A stretch of DNA of 28,333 nucleotides from Pseudomonadota bacterium (GCA_043798915.1 JAZDOG010000031.1:1-28333); one strand, 5' to 3'. Numbered from the stretch's first letter, positions 17,331-26,165 are shown. Notes: generated by a model not told the origin, from the letters alone. Numbers and translations: made by a program.

Positions 17331-18710
17331 GTGAGACTTCAATTCCTGGGCGCCACCGAGACGGTCACAGGTTCCAAATTTCATCTGGCTGAAAACGGCA
17401 ACTCCTGGCTGGTGGACTGCGGCCTCTACCAGGGCCTCAAGGATCTGCGCCTCAGGAACTGGCAGCCGCTGGCCGTCGACCCCAAAAAGCTCGACGCCGT
17501 CATCCTCACCCACGCGCATATCGATCACACGGGCTATGTGCCGCTGCTCGTCAAGAACGGCTTCAAGGGTCCGGTGCTGGCCTCCGAACCCACCGTCGAG
17601 CTCTCCAAAATATTGCTGCCGGATGCCGGTTACATACAGGAGGAAGATGCGAAGTTCGCCGCGAAGAAGGGCTTCTCCAAACACGCCAATCCCATCGCCC
17701 TCTATACCTACGACGACGCGGTCAAAGCCACCAAGAACCTGAAGGCAGTTCCCGACAGAGAATGGGTGGACCTTGCGGAGAACGTGCGCATAATGCTCCG
17801 TCCCGCCGGACATATACTGGGCTCGCGGCTCATAAACGTGTCGGTCAAGGAGAAGCACCACGACTTCAACATCATGTTCGCCGGCGACATCGGCACCTAC
17901 GACGCCCTGATCGCGGTCAACCCAGGCAAGGTCAAGTCGGTCAACTATCTCGTGCTCGAGTCGACCTACGGAGACAGGTTGCACACTGAGGAGGATATCC
18001 TCACCCGCTTCGAGGGGATATTGAACCGCACGCTCGGGCGCGGCGGCAAGGTCGTGATCCCGGCATTCGCTGTGGGCCGCACCCAGGAGATCCTCTACAT
18101 ACTCAAGAAGCTCGAGGACGCCGGGCGTCTGCCGGACGTGCCGATCTTCTTGAACAGCCCGCTCGCCATCGACGCCACGGAGATCTACATAAAATTTGCG
18201 AGCGAGCACAACTTCTTCACCAATGGCTCGGAGCCGACGCGGGCCTTTCATCCCTCGCGGCTCGTCCTCGTCCACGACGCCGAGGAGTCCAAACACCTGA
18301 ATGCGCTGTCCGAGCCGGCCATCATCATCTCCTCTTCCGGGATGATGACGGGCGGCCGGATACTCCACCACCTCAAGGCCTACTTGCCCGACCCGCTCTC
18401 AACGCTCGTCGTCACCGGCTTTCAGGCGGCCGGCACGCGCGGCCGCGCGATCCTGGACGGCGCGAAGGCGGTCAAGATCCACGGCGCTCCCGTCGCGGTG
18501 AACGCAGATGTGGAGTTCATCGAGTCCCTCTCCGCCCACGGCGATTACAACGACATCCTCCGCTGGCTCTCCGGCTTCACGCGCCCGCCCAAGACCACCT
18601 TCCTCGTCCACGGCGAACCGGATTCGTCGAATGCGCTGAAGGAGCGAATCGAAGGCGAGCTTGGCTGGAAGGTCGTGGTGCCGAAATATCTGGAAAAGTT
18701 CGAGCTGTGA
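17331..18710 (+). CDS. MBL-fold beta-CASP ribonuclease
   Basis: VTGS, DCGLYQG, THAHIDHTG, AGHILGS, ESTYGDR, FAVGRTQE, SAHGD, VHGE; GTG start after GAGGGG. Confidence 0.92.
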   Translation: MRLQFLGATETVTGSKFHLAENGNSWLVDCGLYQGLKDLRLRNWQPLAVDPKKLDAVILTHAHIDHTGYVPLLVKNGFKGPVLASEPTVELSKILLPDAGYIQEEDAKFAAKKGFSKHANPIALYTYDDAVKATKNLKAVPDREWVDLAENVRIMLRPAGHILGSRLINVSVKEKHHDFNIMFAGDIGTYDALIAVNPGKVKSVNYLVLESTYGDRLHTEEDILTRFEGILNRTLGRGGKVVIPAFAVGRTQEILYILKKLEDAGRLPDVPIFLNSPLAIDATEIYIKFASEHNFFTNGSEPTRAFHPSRLVLVHDAEESKHLNALSEPAIIISSSGMMTGGRILHHLKAYLPDPLSTLVVTGFQAAGTRGRAILDGAKAVKIHGAPVAVNADVEFIESLSAHGDYNDILRWLSGFTRPPKTTFLVHGEPDSSNALKERIEGELGWKVVVPKYLEKFEL

Positions 18711-18736
18711 AAGTTTTTCGCAGTTTTTCCCCTCCA

Positions 18737-18764
18737 TTGACAACCCTGAACCCCGTCTGATACA
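18737..18764 (+). promoter_or_regulatory. Putative sigma70 promoter of hrcA
   Basis: Perfect TTGACA at 18737 with a weak -10 (GATACA) about 11 nt before ATG; no SD. Confidence 0.4.
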
Positions 18765-18775
18765 CCCCCTTCGCC

Positions 18776-19807
18776 ATGAATAGCCAACTCACCGACCGCG
18801 ACCGCGAGATATTCCGGATCCTGGTCGCCGACTACATCGCCACTGCCGACCCTGTCGGGTCGCGCACGATCGCCAAGCAGCATCCCGGTCACCTCTCGCC
18901 AGCGACGATCAGGAACGTCATGGCCGATCTGACCGAGATGGGGCTGATCGCCCAGCCCCACACCTCCGCGGGCCGCGTGCCCACCGACGCGGGTTTCCGC
19001 TACTATGTCGACTCGCTCCTCAAGAGGCGCGAGCTCTCCGAGGGCGAGATGGGCGCCATCCGGGAGCGGTGCATGGGCGACGAGCGCGGGATCCAGATCG
19101 TCCTCCAGCGCGCTTCGAGGATGCTCGCCGCTGTGTCGCGCTACGTCGGGATCGTCGCCACCCCGGCGGCCGAGCGCGTGGCCTTCAAACAAATCGATTT
19201 CGTTCCGCTCTCGAGGCGGAGGATCCTCGGGATATTCGTCTCTCAGGACGGCCAGGTCGAGAACCGTCTGGTAGAGGCGGGCGAGGACCTCACCTATGCC
19301 GAGCTCGAACGCATCTCCAACTATTGCAACCAGGCCTTCGCAGGATTGACGCTCGACGAGGCGATACAGAAGGCCGGCCGCGAACTTTCGGATGAGAGGG
19401 CCGACTACGACCACCTCCTCAAGAAGGCGATGCTCTTCTCCAAACAGGTGCTGGATGGCGCGTCCGGTTCGGAACTCGTCGTCGATGGCGAGGCCCAGCT
19501 TCTCGACGCACCGGAGTTCGCTGAGGCGGAGAAATTCAGAAAGATTCTCGACATGCTGGAGGAGAAGCAGGGGATCCTTCACATCCTGGAACGATGCCGT
19601 GAAGGCGAGGGCGTGCGCATCTTCGTCGGGGCCGACGCCGAGATGGATGGCGTGGATACGATAGGGCTTGTGGGCGCCCCATATTTCAAGGACGGCAAGA
19701 TGGTTGGGGCGCTGGGCGTTATCGGGCCGATGCGGATGGACTATTCGCGCGTCGTGCCGATAGTCGATTTCACTGCCAAGGTTTTGGGCGACGCGCTGGA
19801 AACATAA
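18776..19807 (+). CDS. hrcA: Heat-inducible transcription repressor
   Basis: DYIATADPVGSR, SPATIRNVMADL, PHTSAGRVPTDAGFRYYVD, LGVIGPMRMDY. Confidence 0.97.
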   Translation: MNSQLTDRDREIFRILVADYIATADPVGSRTIAKQHPGHLSPATIRNVMADLTEMGLIAQPHTSAGRVPTDAGFRYYVDSLLKRRELSEGEMGAIRERCMGDERGIQIVLQRASRMLAAVSRYVGIVATPAAERVAFKQIDFVPLSRRRILGIFVSQDGQVENRLVEAGEDLTYAELERISNYCNQAFAGLTLDEAIQKAGRELSDERADYDHLLKKAMLFSKQVLDGASGSELVVDGEAQLLDAPEFAEAEKFRKILDMLEEKQGILHILERCREGEGVRIFVGADAEMDGVDTIGLVGAPYFKDGKMVGALGVIGPMRMDYSRVVPIVDFTAKVLGDALET

Positions 19808-19818
19808 AGCGGATCATC

Positions 19819-20412
19819 ATGTCACACAAAAACAGGACAAAAGTCGACGAGCTGCGCGATGCGCTGAAGAAGAAGCAGGAGCCGCCGGCAGGGCCGGCTG
19901 CGCCCGAGGCTGCGGAGCGAAAGGCGGCGGAACCCGAAGACGAGCTCACCCGCCAGATCCTCGCCGCGGAGGAGGAGGCCAAGGGCCACTACGACAAGCT
20001 GCTTCGCGTGATGGCGGAGTTTGAAAACTTCAAGAAACGTATGGCGAGGGAGCGCGAGGAGCAGTTCAAATATTCAAACGAAAAGCTCCTGACCGAGCTC
20101 CTCCCCGCGCTGGACGACCTCGACCGCGTGCTCGATCACGTCCCGCCCGCCGCGTCCGACGAGACCAGGGCGATCGCGGAAGGCGTCGATATGGTGCGCA
20201 AGTCGCTCCTCTCTGTGCTCGAGCGCTTCGGGCTCAAGGAGGTGCCGGCAGCTGGAGAGGCATTCGATCCCTCCCGCCACGAGGCGATCGCCATGGTGGA
20301 GAGCGAGGCGATGGAGCCGGGGAAAGTCGCCTCGGTCCACCGAAGGGGTTACTGGCTTGGTGACAGGCTGTTGAGGCCTGCTATGGTTACAGTGGCAAAG
20401 GGGGATCAATGA
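19819..20412 (+). CDS. grpE: Nucleotide exchange factor GrpE
   Basis: LRVMAEFENFKKR, LLPALDDLDR, FDPSRHEAI, GYWLGDRLLRPAMVTV. Confidence 0.96.
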   Translation: MSHKNRTKVDELRDALKKKQEPPAGPAAPEAAERKAAEPEDELTRQILAAEEEAKGHYDKLLRVMAEFENFKKRMAREREEQFKYSNEKLLTELLPALDDLDRVLDHVPPAASDETRAIAEGVDMVRKSLLSVLERFGLKEVPAAGEAFDPSRHEAIAMVESEAMEPGKVASVHRRGYWLGDRLLRPAMVTVAKGDQ

Positions 20413-22370
20413 AACGCATGATAGTGTGGTGTCTGCTAGCGATGGTGGCCGGGGCGGGATGCGCCGGAGGCCTGGCTGGAAAGGCGAGATACCCCAACGC
20501 GGTGACGCCGGAGGCGCAGGGCCGCTTTGATGCCGCCGATTCCCTCTACAGATCGAAGCGCTTCGCGGAAGCGGACGCCGCCTTTGCGAAGCTGATAGCC
20601 GAGCTCCCCTACACGCAGCTGACCGACGAGGCGAGATTCCGCAGGGGCGAGATCGCCTTTGCGTACAAGAATTACAACGCTGCCCTCGGTTTCTATCGCG
20701 GGTCGTACTCGCAGATCGAATCCCCTGCCGTTGCGCCGAAGGCTAGATTCAAAGCGGCGCTCTGCCTCTTTCGGCTGAACCACGCGCAGGAGACGCTCTC
20801 CGAGCTCGAGGCAATATCCCGCAGGGATGCCAGCGTGGTGCTTCGGCTGCGCACCGATTCGCTGGGCGTCCGCGCCTCCAAGGCCGCGGGCCTTTCGCCC
20901 AATATTTCGATCGTATGGCAGCTTCGCCTCCTCGATAACTACCCGGAGTCGCAGGGAGTCCGTCCTTCGGGCATAGGGCCGGACGAGCTGGTTTCCGAAG
21001 ACGCCGCACTCTCCGAAGTGAAGCGGTGGGTGGGCGACAAGACCGTCACCGCCGCGGAGGTGGAAGCGCTTCCGACGAAAGAGATGAGGGGCCACCGCTC
21101 CGGCGGTTTTGCGTCCTACAAGCTGGCGCTCATCCTCCACAGCACGGGCGACACAAAAGAGGCCATCAAGCAGCTTAAGATTTTTGTCAGCACATATCCC
21201 AAACACGAATACTACGGCGCCGCGAGGGTTCTCATGGGAGAGCTGGGTGGCGTGATAGGCGAGGGGGCCGGCACCTCCATCGGCGCGCTGCTGCCGCTTT
21301 CGGGAAAATATGCCATCTACGGCGAATCCGCCCTTCATGGCGTCGAGTGCGCCATTGGCGTCTTCGAACCTTGCGTAGGACCGGGCGGGATAAAGATCGT
21401 CGTGCGCGATTCCGGCTCGACACCCGCCGAAGCGGTGGCGGCCGTGAACGAGCTTGCCGCTGCAAACGTCGTCGGCATCGTCGGCCCCCTGCTTTCGACC
21501 AACGCGCTCGAGGCTGCGGCGCGGGCGCAGGAGCTGCGCATCCCGATCATCTCGCTATCGCAGCGCGGCGGGGTGGCCGAGACCGGCGAGTATATCTTCC
21601 GAAACTCGGTCTCCGACTCATCCGAGATGTCGATGCTCGCCGACTATGCGGTCAACCGCATGCACCTCAAGCGCTTCTACATCCTCTATCCGTCCAGCAG
21701 CAAGAAGGCGATCGAATACAAAGGTCTCTTTTCAGAGGCGATCAGGGCCCAGGGCGGGAGCGTCGTAGATGTAAAGGGATATTCGGAAGGACAGATGGTC
21801 GAGGTCAGCGACGAGCTCCGCGGCAGGGGCCGGGCCGAGTTTCAGCAGCAGAAGCAGAAGAAGAATAGGGAGGAGGGCGGGAAGAGCATCGACATAACCC
21901 CGACGACCGCAAACTACGACGCCGTCTTCATACCAGATTCGCTCAGCATGGCGTCCTACATAGCGCAGCGTCTGGAATCGAGCAAGGCCAAGGTCCTGGG
22001 CATCTCGCGCTGGGGAGATCACCAGCACGAGGGCCATATCGATTCATCTCTCAACGGCGCGGTATTCGTAAATTCGTTCTACATGGATGCGCCCGAAGAG
22101 CACGTATCGAATTTCGTCTCTCGTTTTCGGGAGGCCTACGGTTCGGAGCCGACGCTCCTGGAGGCCCTGGGCTACGATTCGGCGAGGATGATCTCCACCG
22201 CGGTCCTGGAGAAGGGAGCTGCCGGTCGCGATGCGCTGCGCGCTGCCATTGCGCGCACGTCCGGATTTCCAGGCGTTGCCGGGAAGACGACGGTCACCGC
22301 CGACCGCAACGCCGAGCGCCAGCTTCGGGTGCTGACCTTCAAAGACGGATCCATCCGTCCCTCGAACTGA
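20409..22370 (+). CDS. Lipoprotein with TPR repeats and type I periplasmic binding fold (LpoA-like PBP activator)
   Basis: Lipobox AGAGC; TPR-like helices; IGALLPLSGKYAIYG, IVGPL, DAVFIPD, ALGYD, FPGVAG. Confidence 0.8.
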   Translation: MKRMIVWCLLAMVAGAGCAGGLAGKARYPNAVTPEAQGRFDAADSLYRSKRFAEADAAFAKLIAELPYTQLTDEARFRRGEIAFAYKNYNAALGFYRGSYSQIESPAVAPKARFKAALCLFRLNHAQETLSELEAISRRDASVVLRLRTDSLGVRASKAAGLSPNISIVWQLRLLDNYPESQGVRPSGIGPDELVSEDAALSEVKRWVGDKTVTAAEVEALPTKEMRGHRSGGFASYKLALILHSTGDTKEAIKQLKIFVSTYPKHEYYGAARVLMGELGGVIGEGAGTSIGALLPLSGKYAIYGESALHGVECAIGVFEPCVGPGGIKIVVRDSGSTPAEAVAAVNELAAANVVGIVGPLLSTNALEAAARAQELRIPIISLSQRGGVAETGEYIFRNSVSDSSEMSMLADYAVNRMHLKRFYILYPSSSKKAIEYKGLFSEAIRAQGGSVVDVKGYSEGQMVEVSDELRGRGRAEFQQQKQKKNREEGGKSIDITPTTANYDAVFIPDSLSMASYIAQRLESSKAKVLGISRWGDHQHEGHIDSSLNGAVFVNSFYMDAPEEHVSNFVSRFREAYGSEPTLLEALGYDSARMISTAVLEKGAAGRDALRAAIARTSGFPGVAGKTTVTADRNAERQLRVLTFKDGSIRPSN

Positions 22371-22448
22371 CCGTTTTTTGACGCTTTTTGCGCGTTCCTG
22401 ATCAGAATGATAATAAACCAGCCGCTGCAAGTCATCCGGCCTACGCAT

Positions 22449-22502
22449 ATTCAATAAGTTAGAGCGATCATCTCCCCGTTCCAGCCTGGCATGACTCTTG
22501 CT
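22449..22502 (+). promoter_or_regulatory. Putative IHF site plus sigma54 promoter
   Basis: ATTCAATAAGTTA (22449-22461, one mismatch to WATCAAN4TTR) and TGGCATGACTCTTGCT (22487-22502). Confidence 0.7.
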
Positions 22503-22528
22503 TGTTAAATGGCTTGGAGGGGCGAGCC

Positions 22529-22777
22529 ATGGGACAGGGTCAGAGAGCGATCGGCGACGTGATACTCGGCGATGCGCCGGACACTGAGGGATTGTCGGCT
22601 CAGAATTCGACCGTCCTCTCCTGCGGCGGGATATTCATCCCCCATCGCGGCGAGGAGCGACGGATACTCTATCATATCATCACGACATCCAGTCTCAACG
22701 AACCGGTAAAGGTGGTCACGGGGGCGAGGCCCAGAAACCGCCTGCATGAAGTTCTGCTCAAAGAGACGATGAACTGA
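22529..22777 (+). CDS. Hypothetical orphan protein (82 aa)
   Basis: GGAGG SD before MGQGQRA; directly downstream of the sigma54 box. Confidence 0.55.
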   Translation: MGQGQRAIGDVILGDAPDTEGLSAQNSTVLSCGGIFIPHRGEERRILYHIITTSSLNEPVKVVTGARPRNRLHEVLLKETMN

Positions 22778-22849
22778 AACTCCTTTTCTTGTTTTTTTGC
22801 TGGTCGCGTGATAAACGGAAATCAGAAGCATTGTCGAAAAGGGGAGCCG

Positions 22850-23794
22850 ATGACATCGGTGAGCGGCCGGCTGCTTGGAAGGACGCTTCGCGACGTGACG
22901 ACCGTCAGGGCGGAGGATCTGCATCTGGAGCGTGTTCTCGAGCCTTCGCCTTTGAGCATCGTGCCGCGCCCTAACCCAGCGAAGAGCCAGGTGATCTGCG
23001 TTGCCAGCGGAAAGGGCGGCACCGGCAAGACGGTCGTGACGACGAACCTCGCGGTCCTGCTCGCGCAGGAGGGGTTCTCCGTCCTCCTGTTCGATGCAGA
23101 CATGGGGCTCGCCAACGCCCATCTTCTGCTCGGCGTTTCGCCGGCCAACGACATCACCTCGGTCCTCGATGGAAGGATGAAACTCACCGACATCATCTGC
23201 GAGTGCTCCGCGGGGGTCCGCCTCGTCTCCGGCGGCTCCGGATTCAGCGAGCTCTCCGAGCTCAAGGACAGGGAACTCCGCCATCTGGCGTCAGAGCTCA
23301 AGGCTTGCGAGGAGGGCGCGGACATAATCCTGGTGGATCTCTCCGCCGGCATCAGCCCGCAGGTGATGAGGTTCCTCCGCGCCGCGCACGACGTGATCCT
23401 CGTGACGACGCCGGATGTCACTGCGATGCTCGACGCATACGCTACGATCAAGTCTCTTGCGGAGGCGGATGCGAATGTGAGCGTGAAGCTCGTCGTAAAC
23501 CGCGCCCGGCAGAGGAGCGATGCGGTCGCCGCGTTCAAGAAGATCAAGGCCGTGGCCTCTCGGCATCTGACGGCCGCGGATATATCTTTTTTCGGCTGGG
23601 TGCCGCATAACTGGTATATCCAGGATTCGGTCGACCGGCGCCAGCCGGTGGTGACGCTGCATCCTCGGAGCTTCGTGACGCTATGCCTCAAGCACATGGC
23701 GGGGCGCATAGGCGCAGAGCACGCGGCGTGGAAGCTCAGTTGTTCGGCCGCCCCTTCTTTTTCTTCAAGGCTGGAGCGGGTGGTCTTCGAATAG
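22850..23794 (+). CDS. MinD/FlhG(FleN)-like ATPase
   Basis: SGKGGTGKT, DADMGLAN, VDLSAG, TPDVTAMLDAYATIK, VVNR; amphipathic-looking tail SFSSRLERVVFE; AAGGGGAG SD. Confidence 0.88.
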   Translation: MTSVSGRLLGRTLRDVTTVRAEDLHLERVLEPSPLSIVPRPNPAKSQVICVASGKGGTGKTVVTTNLAVLLAQEGFSVLLFDADMGLANAHLLLGVSPANDITSVLDGRMKLTDIICECSAGVRLVSGGSGFSELSELKDRELRHLASELKACEEGADIILVDLSAGISPQVMRFLRAAHDVILVTTPDVTAMLDAYATIKSLAEADANVSVKLVVNRARQRSDAVAAFKKIKAVASRHLTAADISFFGWVPHNWYIQDSVDRRQPVVTLHPRSFVTLCLKHMAGRIGAEHAAWKLSCSAAPSFSSRLERVVFE

Positions 23795-23809
23795 GGCCAG
23801 AGGTGGCGG

Positions 23810-24478
23810 ATGAGGATCGTGTGTCCAACGAAGATGACCAGTCGCCAGGCGCGGGCGCTCAAGGTGTGCATGGCCTCCGGCGCTTCCGCTTTCATGAAGG
23901 AGGATGTGCTTGCGGCGGTGGGATACGATATGTCCGCGATAGAAGAGGGCGCTCGCTCCGTCGGGTACAATTTCCCCGTCCCGGGCGCCGGCACGATAGA
24001 CGTGATCGCGATCGACCGGAATGGCAAGGCCCTCCTCGTGAGCGTCCATGACAGGCTTGATGTGCAGGCGCTCTGCGCTTCCTTCGCGCGGGCGGAGTGG
24101 ATTGTGGACAGCAGGGAGGTGGTCGAGCACATCTTCCCAGGCATCTCAGCCGGCCCGGATACGAGGTCGTGGCATTTTGCCGGCTCCGTGTCACGAGAGG
24201 TGGGGCCCATGCTCAGGCGCATGGGTTCGGCTTCACCCGAGGTATTCGAGTGCAGCCCTCTCCGCCTTGCGGATGAGGAGTGGCTCTTTATCAAAAAGCA
24301 CGAGGCTGCAGGGATGGGGGGGGCTGTGGCTTCGGCAGAAAAAACTCCGCCCAGATCTCCGCGTCCCGTGTACATCCGCTCACTTCTGACCGACGAGGAG
24401 ATAGGTGATTTTCTGGATTCGGAAAAAGCTGCTGGCGAAGACGAGGAAGATGAGATAACATCCAGTTGTCGTTTGTGA
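23810..24478 (+). CDS. Hypothetical protein, NucS/PD-(D/E)xK-like fold apparently inactive, acidic tail
   Basis: IEEGARSVGYNFPVPGAGTIDVIAIDRNGKALLVSVH resembles the NucS C-terminal domain but lacks ExK; GAGG SD. Confidence 0.6.
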   Translation: MRIVCPTKMTSRQARALKVCMASGASAFMKEDVLAAVGYDMSAIEEGARSVGYNFPVPGAGTIDVIAIDRNGKALLVSVHDRLDVQALCASFARAEWIVDSREVVEHIFPGISAGPDTRSWHFAGSVSREVGPMLRRMGSASPEVFECSPLRLADEEWLFIKKHEAAGMGGAVASAEKTPPRSPRPVYIRSLLTDEEIGDFLDSEKAAGEDEEDEITSSCRL

Positions 24479-24524
24479 CTGTATAATATATTTTAACAGC
24501 TGTTCGGGTGAATGCGCCTCTTGT

Positions 24525-24564
24525 CCCTCTCCCCTTGTGGGAGAGGGGCGGGGTGAGGGGGGGG
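24525..24564 (+). repeat. REP/BoxC-like hairpin with G-rich tail
   Basis: CCCTCTCCC-CTTGT-GGGAGAGGG followed by GCGGGGTGAGGGGGGGG; same architecture as the 7269-7306 arm. Confidence 0.7.
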
Positions 24565-24569
24565 AAATC

Positions 24570-25382
24570 ATGTATACAATTTCCGTAGCCAATCAGAAGG
24601 GCGGATGTGGCAAGACCACCACGGCGGTCAATCTTTCGGCATGCCTGTCGATGAAGGGCTATCGCGTCCTGCTCGTCGACGCGGACCCGCAGGCGCAGGC
24701 CTCGACCTGCCTGCGCATCGAGGATCGCGAGCCGCGCGGCACGATCTTCGACGCGATCCTCGAGACGAGGAAAGGGGCGAGGTCCTTCGCCGACATGCTC
24801 GTCCCGATCTCCAGCGGGCTCACGCTTTTGCCCTCGGAGGGCATCTCGATGGACGATGAGGCGCGGCTCAATTCCCAGCCGCAGAGGAGCTTGAAGCTGG
24901 CGCCGCTTCTGGGAAGTGTGAAAAATCAATATGACTTCGCCGTGATCGATTGCCCGCCGACGCTGGGCGTGCTCACGCAGAACGCGCTCCTGGCTTCGAA
25001 CGCCGTCCTCCTGACGGTCGAGACGAGTTTCCTGGCGCTCCACGGCGTCGGAAAATTGTTGAGCCTCATCCAGGACGTGCGCAAGGAGCACGCGATAAGG
25101 ATGTTCGCCGTGGCCACGATGTTCGACGGCAGGACGTCGTTTGCGCGAGAGGTCCTCGAGGACATGAGGGGTTATTTCGACAACGTCATGCTCTCGACTG
25201 TCATCAGGGAGAACGTGCGCCTGAAGGAGGCAGCCAGCCACGGCATGCCCATCTTCACTTACGCGCACGCATCCAACGGCGCGGAGGACTACAGGGCCCT
25301 GACCGACGAGATCCTCGCCAAGGTAGTGCAGGGCATCCAGGAGATGAAGAAGCTCGTGCCCATGGCGACGCGCGGCGCATGA
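24570..25382 (+). CDS. ParA/Soj family ATPase (orphan, no ParB)
   Basis: NQKGGCGKTTT, DADPQA, IDCPPTLG, TVIRENVRLKEAASHGMPI, GAEDY. Confidence 0.92.
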   Translation: MYTISVANQKGGCGKTTTAVNLSACLSMKGYRVLLVDADPQAQASTCLRIEDREPRGTIFDAILETRKGARSFADMLVPISSGLTLLPSEGISMDDEARLNSQPQRSLKLAPLLGSVKNQYDFAVIDCPPTLGVLTQNALLASNAVLLTVETSFLALHGVGKLLSLIQDVRKEHAIRMFAVATMFDGRTSFAREVLEDMRGYFDNVMLSTVIRENVRLKEAASHGMPIFTYAHASNGAEDYRALTDEILAKVVQGIQEMKKLVPMATRGA

Positions 25383-25420
25383 GAAAATGACCGATCGACA
25401 AGATCGAAAGGAGGAGAAAT

Positions 25421-25684
25421 ATGAAGATTCTGGAGACGATGAAGGCTGGCAGGAGGAGGGTGATGAGGACCTCTTCGGTCCCTGTGAACAAGACGGACGC
25501 GAAGACGCTCAAGAGGGAGCTGAATACCTGGCTCGCGGGCCGGACTATCTGGAACCACGGGGACTGGGAAGGCCTCCTTGGAGACCTGAGGACAAAGGGC
25601 TACAGCGACCTGATCGATACGCCCAAGGGCCGGGACGCCATCGGCCTCTATCTTGAGAAAAACAAGAAGCCCCGCTCCTGCTGA
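25421..25684 (+). CDS. Small basic hypothetical protein (87 aa)
   Basis: Strong AAGGAGG SD; host-like codon usage; WNHGDWEGLL motif; followed by a terminator. Confidence 0.75.
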   Translation: MKILETMKAGRRRVMRTSSVPVNKTDAKTLKRELNTWLAGRTIWNHGDWEGLLGDLRTKGYSDLIDTPKGRDAIGLYLEKNKKPRSC

Positions 25685-25709
25685 ATATACCTGAGCGGTT
25701 ATAGAAAAT

Positions 25710-25742
25710 AAAAAACCGGCTGCCGAATTGGCGCCGGTTTTT
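25710..25742. terminator. Bidirectional rho-independent terminator
   Basis: AAAAAACCGGC-TGCCGAATTGGC-GCCGGTTTTT between convergent genes. Confidence 0.85.
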
Positions 25743-25800
25743 GATATCAATCGTGTGTCCTCTCTATTATCGGCTGGTAAAACCTGTGATCAAAAGTCTG

Positions 25801-26034
25801 TTAACGAGCATCCACGGAGCCCCAGCCGCGATAGTGGCCGTTGCTAAAGGCATAATGAGGGCTGGTTGAGTCGATCGATTTAAGCCATTCATATGCGCAT
25901 CGTAAAAAATTCCAATTTGGTCCTGATTCGCAGTGATCGACCGCTTTTGGATCAGGACTGGTCTTTGCCACCGTTTTGCTTGCAGCAACTGCAATTGTTC
26001 GTACTGCAGAAACTTTAGGTTCGCCGCCACCCAT
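25801..26034 (-). CDS. Hypothetical orphan protein (77 aa), lower GC
   Basis: GAAGGAGGG SD before MGGGEPKVSA; two promoter-like boxes upstream. Confidence 0.6.
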   Translation of the reverse strand: MGGGEPKVSAVRTIAVAASKTVAKTSPDPKAVDHCESGPNWNFLRCAYEWLKSIDSTSPHYAFSNGHYRGWGSVDAR

Positions 26035-26096
26035 AAACCCTCCTTCGTTTCGTTTGTGTGTCTTCGTCAAATCTTCTTGCCTTGCATCCCTATTAG

Positions 26097-26123
26097 TTAT
26101 CGGCAGATTTAGGAAAAAGTTGC
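26097..26123 (-). promoter_or_regulatory. Putative sigma28 (FliA-type) promoter
   Basis: GCAACTTT-N11-GCCGATAA: perfect -10 box, partial -35. Confidence 0.55.
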
Positions 26124-26165
26124 GTGCGAAATTAATCTTTTTTTTTGTATAATAAAATAGACGTA

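Noticed and set aside
22822..24375. 517-aa minus-strand ORF
   Set aside because: Ser/Ala/Thr-rich antisense shadow of the FlhG-like and adjacent genes.
9500..26034. Met-Gly starts of the orphans as host myristoylation signals
   Set aside because: None has MGxxxS/T, and other ordinary genes here also start MG.
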